This document shows, one piece after another, positions 44,614-48,899 of a DNA stretch of 48,899 nucleotides. How positions within the stretch are numbered: position 1 is the first letter of the stretch; the number at the start of each line of letters is the position of its first letter. Position numbers and translations under genes: made by a program. This stretch comes from Stramenopiles sp. TOSAG23-6. Lineage: Eukaryota. Under the pieces are notes generated by a model, which was not told the DNA's origin, made no database searches, and saw nothing but the letters and a program-made list of their open reading frames with translations. Location: the NCBI GenBank assembly GCA_900128565.1, contig LT635925.1, forward strand, positions 1 to 48,899, read 5' to 3'.

Positions 44614-45228
44614 ATGATATTTTACATTTCGTTTCTTATGATTGTATTTTTGTTGCAGAGTATCTGTTGCGCTACAGTTGCATCAACTAGAGCCTATGTC
44701 AATTGGGACGATAGGTATACTGTCTTAGACCTTGTGAAAATCGACGGCCGTGCTTTGAGGTTCGCTTCCCCAAAGTTAAAGAGAGACCAAGATATTGTAG
44801 TAGCGGCTGTATATCAAAGTAACGAAGCATTTTACTACGCAGCACCTGAAATGCGGAATAATCGAAGAGTCGTATTGAGCGCTGTTCATAAAAACGGTAA
44901 AATTCTAAAAGATGTTTCTTCTTCTTTGAAGGAAGACCGAGAAATTGTATTTGCTTCACTTTCAAATTATGGTATGGCACTCAAGGAAGTATCTAAAACA
45001 TTACAGGAAGATTACGATATTGTACTAGTAGCTGTCAAACAAGATGGAAATGCATTACAATATGCTGCAAAGTCTTTGAAAAATAACTATTCAATTGTTA
45101 TGGCTGCAGTAATCAGTGATGGTAACGCACTGTTTCATGCATCCTCTACTTTACAAAAGAATGATAAAATTCGGTCGGCCGCTTATAATCAACTATGGAT
45201 AAGAAGTGTGAATCGTTGGAACCTATAA
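44614..45228 (+). CDS. DUF4116-like repeat protein with signal peptide
   Basis: Repeats of about 25 aa (D.EIVLxAVxxxGxALxYAxxxL); hydrophobic N-terminus. Confidence 0.75.
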   Translation: MIFYISFLMIVFLLQSICCATVASTRAYVNWDDRYTVLDLVKIDGRALRFASPKLKRDQDIVVAAVYQSNEAFYYAAPEMRNNRRVVLSAVHKNGKILKDVSSSLKEDREIVFASLSNYGMALKEVSKTLQEDYDIVLVAVKQDGNALQYAAKSLKNNYSIVMAAVISDGNALFHASSTLQKNDKIRSAAYNQLWIRSVNRWNL

Positions 45229-45306
45229 AAGAGGAGCATATAATAAAAAATTACAATCCATAAATACGAAAGACTATTTTATTTTGTCAACCCTTTTTTT
45301 GCCTCT

Positions 45307-47691
45307 TCATTCAAAGACAATACCATTTGTTTGTTTAAACCCTTCTAACCATAAATGTAAATTTTTAGTAGACTTTGCAAATAAAAGGAAATATTCAGTA
45401 GAAAAACGATTATATATTTCAATGACATGTAAAAAGTCTTTGTCAAGAATCTTTGGAAATATTCCTAGTGTTGAAAGACGATTTCGAGTTACATTTGGTC
45501 TGATATCAATATCTTTGGTATAAAGAATAATGTCTCGGTGTAAGCATTGACCTGATGTAAAAATCATGACTTCTTTTGACAAGAAAACATTCAATAATTG
45601 CGGTGTAAGCCAAGATCTTTGACTATTTTTTCTTCTGGTTGTGATTACCCTCAAAGAACCTGCCAAAATAATGTTTGTTGTAACAACACATACATCTTCA
45701 GTGTCTGTTACACAATCACTATCTGATTCATTGTACTCTGGTGGAGACACATCAGAATATGGTGGAGACACATCAGAATCTGGGAGGTTCTCCTTTTCTG
45801 GTGCAGATGTTTCTGTTGATGTCTTCTCTTCATTTTTCTGTTCTACATCTATTATTTTATTATCATCCTCTACCTTGACTTGCTTGATTTTTGTATCCAC
45901 TATTTTTTTGCATTTATCTTCTATTTGAATGCATTCAACACTACTGACTGGTGCAATACCTATCCTTTCACATTTTTCATATTTTTCTTCTAGATGTGTA
46001 AGTAGATCATCTGGATTTTTCAGTGTTGTACGTATTGCTTCATTTTGTGCTAGTAATTTCGTATCTAATGGTATTAAGTGCACATTTTGGTTATCATAAT
46101 ATTGATTTGTTCTGACTTCTGGAATCCTTTTACATCCATCTTGGTCATGAAATTGAAGAGATTGCGACTTGGATTTTAATTGAGCAGAGCAAATATGCGT
46201 TTGTGATTTAGTGCAATTTCTGTTTCTTTCATGACGAAACATTCGTTGAAAATGCTCCAAGTTCATTTCTAGCTCATCATCATTTTCTAATAGAAAATCA
46301 AGATTTAGCGTTGCTCTTCTATTTCCTTGTATTGTTCGTTTTGATTCATATATTGTACTTTCATCACCGTCATTCTTAGGGATTCTTGGGAGTTCATCAA
46401 AATGTTTTTTCCTACGGCGTGTCCTTCGATATTTAGCATTCAATATTCTTTCAGAAAGTGTATTTTGAAAGTTGCAACTTTTTCGTTTAATACGAGCTAC
46501 ATCAAGTTTCCTATTTATGGTCTCGCGAATTTGCTTACGTTCTAAAAAGTTCACAACCTGGAGGAAATTTGAAACTTCTAATTCAGCCGCCGAAACTTCG
46601 TTAATGAGTGAACACTTAGCAACATAACCTTTCTGTAAAGATGATTCTAAGGCATGTGCACCAGAATCTTGTATAGTAGCTGTATTTTCAATCTTGAGCG
46701 AAGCAGTGGGAAGCTTGTCTTCAATATCTATGTTTTTGTTTGTACTCTTCTCTTCAACTTTCAGTGTAGTAGCTACATCTTCATTGGTAGCTGTTTTCAC
46801 TTCAACTTTTGGTGTAGCAGCTACCCCTTTACTAGTATTTGTTTTCTCTTCAAATTGATCTTTACTAGTAGTTGTTTTCACTTCAACTTTATCTTTAATA
46901 GTTGTTTCCACTTCAACTTTATCTTTAATAGTTGTTTCCACTTCAACTTTATCTATACTAGCAGTTGTTTCCTCTTCAACTTTATCTTTAATAGTTGTTT
47001 CCTCTTCAACTTTATCTTTACTAGCAGTTGTTTTCTCTTCAACTTTATCTATACTAGCAGTTGTTTCCTCTTCAACTTTATCTTCACTAGCACTTGTTTC
47101 CTCTTCAACTTTATCTTCACTAGCAGTTGTTTCCTCTTCAACTTTATCTTCACTAGCACTTGTTTCCACTTCAACTTTCGATGTAGTAGCTACATCTTTA
47201 CTAACATTTTTTTCCACTTCAATTTTTGGTTCATGTTTCCCATCAATAGCAATAGCTTTACTTAAGTGCTTCATTGTAGCACTATTTTCAATTCCATATT
47301 CTGCATCTTTTTGTGCTTCAACGTTGATAGCCTGTTTTACGTCTTCTGCAAGTAATTCTACTTTCTCTTTCAAAGTGAAACTTTTAAAGCTATCAAGTTT
47401 TTCCCTCAAACTTTTTATTTTTATTTTCAATTTTGTTTCTTTGGCATTTTGGTGTGCATCTAGAGTATTTGTTGTATTTTTTTTGTTATCACCGGTAGAC
47501 TCTACAAGGCTAAGGTTGATGCACTTGGAAATTTCGTCTATTTTTTTATTCCCCAATACCGTTCCTGTGAGAAGCGTTTGGGTATTCATGCGTTTTATAC
47601 CAACAGCATTAAGCTTCTGCATAGCTGTACGTATATTACTCGTGGTGATTACACTATTGTTTGTTTTTGGTGTATTCTTCTTTACTTCCAT
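45307..47691 (-). CDS. Hypothetical protein with acidic tandem repeats and a possible C-terminal PH-like domain
   Basis: 794-aa ORF; C-terminus YFLLFAKSTKNLHLWLEGF resembles a PH terminal helix. Confidence 0.6.
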   Translation of the reverse strand: MEVKKNTPKTNNSVITTSNIRTAMQKLNAVGIKRMNTQTLLTGTVLGNKKIDEISKCINLSLVESTGDNKKNTTNTLDAHQNAKETKLKIKIKSLREKLDSFKSFTLKEKVELLAEDVKQAINVEAQKDAEYGIENSATMKHLSKAIAIDGKHEPKIEVEKNVSKDVATTSKVEVETSASEDKVEEETTASEDKVEEETSASEDKVEEETTASIDKVEEKTTASKDKVEEETTIKDKVEEETTASIDKVEVETTIKDKVEVETTIKDKVEVKTTTSKDQFEEKTNTSKGVAATPKVEVKTATNEDVATTLKVEEKSTNKNIDIEDKLPTASLKIENTATIQDSGAHALESSLQKGYVAKCSLINEVSAAELEVSNFLQVVNFLERKQIRETINRKLDVARIKRKSCNFQNTLSERILNAKYRRTRRRKKHFDELPRIPKNDGDESTIYESKRTIQGNRRATLNLDFLLENDDELEMNLEHFQRMFRHERNRNCTKSQTHICSAQLKSKSQSLQFHDQDGCKRIPEVRTNQYYDNQNVHLIPLDTKLLAQNEAIRTTLKNPDDLLTHLEEKYEKCERIGIAPVSSVECIQIEDKCKKIVDTKIKQVKVEDDNKIIDVEQKNEEKTSTETSAPEKENLPDSDVSPPYSDVSPPEYNESDSDCVTDTEDVCVVTTNIILAGSLRVITTRRKNSQRSWLTPQLLNVFLSKEVMIFTSGQCLHRDIILYTKDIDIRPNVTRNRLSTLGIFPKILDKDFLHVIEIYNRFSTEYFLLFAKSTKNLHLWLEGFKQTNGIVFE
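46855..47180 (-). repeat. 30/33-nt coding minisatellite (DKVEEETTAS-like, about 10 copies)
   Basis: Visible tandem units in DNA and protein. Confidence 0.92.
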
Positions 47692-48131
47692 ACTGAAATA
47701 TTGTCTTCTCTTGGATCACTGAGGAAGATTTAAGTTTGTACTATAAATTTTTAAAAACTTTCTTTTGTTTCAAAGCAAGGATTCATGTTTACACTTAACG
47801 GTACCCATGTAAAATTACAACTCCGTATATTTCAAAAATGATAAAGGTATGCATAGAGTACACATTGAAATTGGATCGTCTGTGATTGTTAAACAAATGT
47901 GTTTATGATCCCGTGTATGGATTTTAGATTCATTCAGAAAAGTAACTGTCGATCCATATGGATGACGATGACGTCATCTTTTTTCTGGGACATTTTCGTT
48001 TAATTTTCAAAATTGTTTTTTTGTCTAAAATATAACGAAAGTCGAATTCTCCATCCATAATATAGACTTCCGTCAATTCTTTTTTTCTTCCCGAGGATCA
48101 TTCTGAAAGAGTGACCAAATATTAATAATTC

Positions 48132-48811
48132 ATGGCGGACCCCATTGATATTGCAAATAAGTCAACTCTTGAGTTAGACAATATGATTGAAGCTCAGCAG
48201 AATCAGATAAAGCATGACATAGCCCAAGCGCAAGAATTTATTGGTGAGTTGCAACCCATTGAAATCTTGACTGAAGTTTACAAAGCCAACGTCCCTTTCC
48301 ATTCAAAGATTCATGCTATCCAAAAGATATATTCGAATATTCGGTGTGCTAGAGCGGATGGCAACTGTTTTTACCGAGCTCTTGCATTCGCTTGGTTTGA
48401 ACAGCTTTTACCGTTTGCTAAAACAAAAGAAGGGAAAGAAAGAGCTGTTGTTGTTCAGGCAAGCTTTCTTTCGTCAACTTCTGCTGAAAACCCATTGTCT
48501 TCTACAACCAGTGCAGACAAAACAAGTATAGAAAATAATGATTCTTCGTATGCAAAATCTGATGCTAGTGTAGATGAAAATTCAAAAAAGCACAAAAATG
48601 GTAAAATAGATGCAACCGAAGAGAACGACGTTAACATTTATTGCGTCGCTTTAGATTATTTTTGTACCAGTGTTGAGAGATGTAGTAAAGTGGGTTACAA
48701 AAAATACCTGGTGGAAGATTTTCTTGAAGTATGCATTGAATTACTTCTGGAAATGTCAGCTCCTGAATTCACTGTTTCTGACCTCACCAAAAGATTTCAA
48801 GATCAAAGTGT
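48132..48811 (+). CDS. Otubain (peptidase C65 deubiquitinase), first exon; gene continues off the right edge
   Basis: ATG at 48132; IRCARADGNCFYRALAF catalytic motif; GYKKYLVEDF...LTKRFQDQS. Not in the ORF track because it has no stop in the window. Confidence 0.88.
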
Positions 48812-48899
48812 GTATGTTTTATTCTTTTTCAAATCCGAATTTGTTTTCGTACGAAATTTTGTACCTAACGATTTTTTTTTGAAATATTTTTCCAAAATA
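48812..48899 (+). other. Intron-like element I5 of the same family, truncated by the window end
   Basis: GTATGT start, GTACGAAATTTTGTACCTAAC, ends ...TCCAAAATA at the edge. Confidence 0.75.

Noticed and set aside
46855-47180. CRISPR-like array
   Set aside because: Tandem in-frame coding units with no unique spacers.
279-48882. Many short antisense or alternate-frame ORFs in the track, and a possible non-standard genetic code
   Set aside because: These are shadows of real genes or repeats with no motifs. Conserved genes end at TAA, TAG or TGA and translate normally.

Overview
Gene-dense, AT-rich, intron-poor eukaryotic genomic DNA in the standard genetic code, with about 27 protein-coding genes, short intergenic spacers and many divergent or convergent pairs. 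Gene content (flagellar coiled-coil proteins, AP2 domain, H+-PPase, bacterial-type AcnB and Pta with presequences) suggests a flagellated protist, possibly a heterotrophic stramenopile; the taxon is inference. Recognisable genes: tafazzin, ENT nucleoside transporter, DPH4, PKG-like kinase, AcnB, prefoldin 6, RPB8, Pta, K+-independent H+-PPase, VPS54, SpoU methylase, RNase H1 and otubain. The main finding is a family of related 88-144 nt inserts: five complete copies plus one cut by the window edge, at five sites in five genes. Each starts with a spliceosomal-like donor (GTATGT-type) and carries a near-palindrome overlapping a conserved ACCTAAC branch-like motif. The complete copies end 35-40 nt later in AWTACAT or AATACAA followed by GT, with no AG at the junction. 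Removing them as GT-AT or GT-AA introns restores the reading frames and conserved protein segments. Two copies sit back-to-back with no exon between them, and an ordinary GT-AG intron coexists in the same gene. This points to a possibly undescribed class of non-AG-acceptor introns or introner-like elements. RNA evidence is needed, because in-frame AG alternatives exist further downstream.
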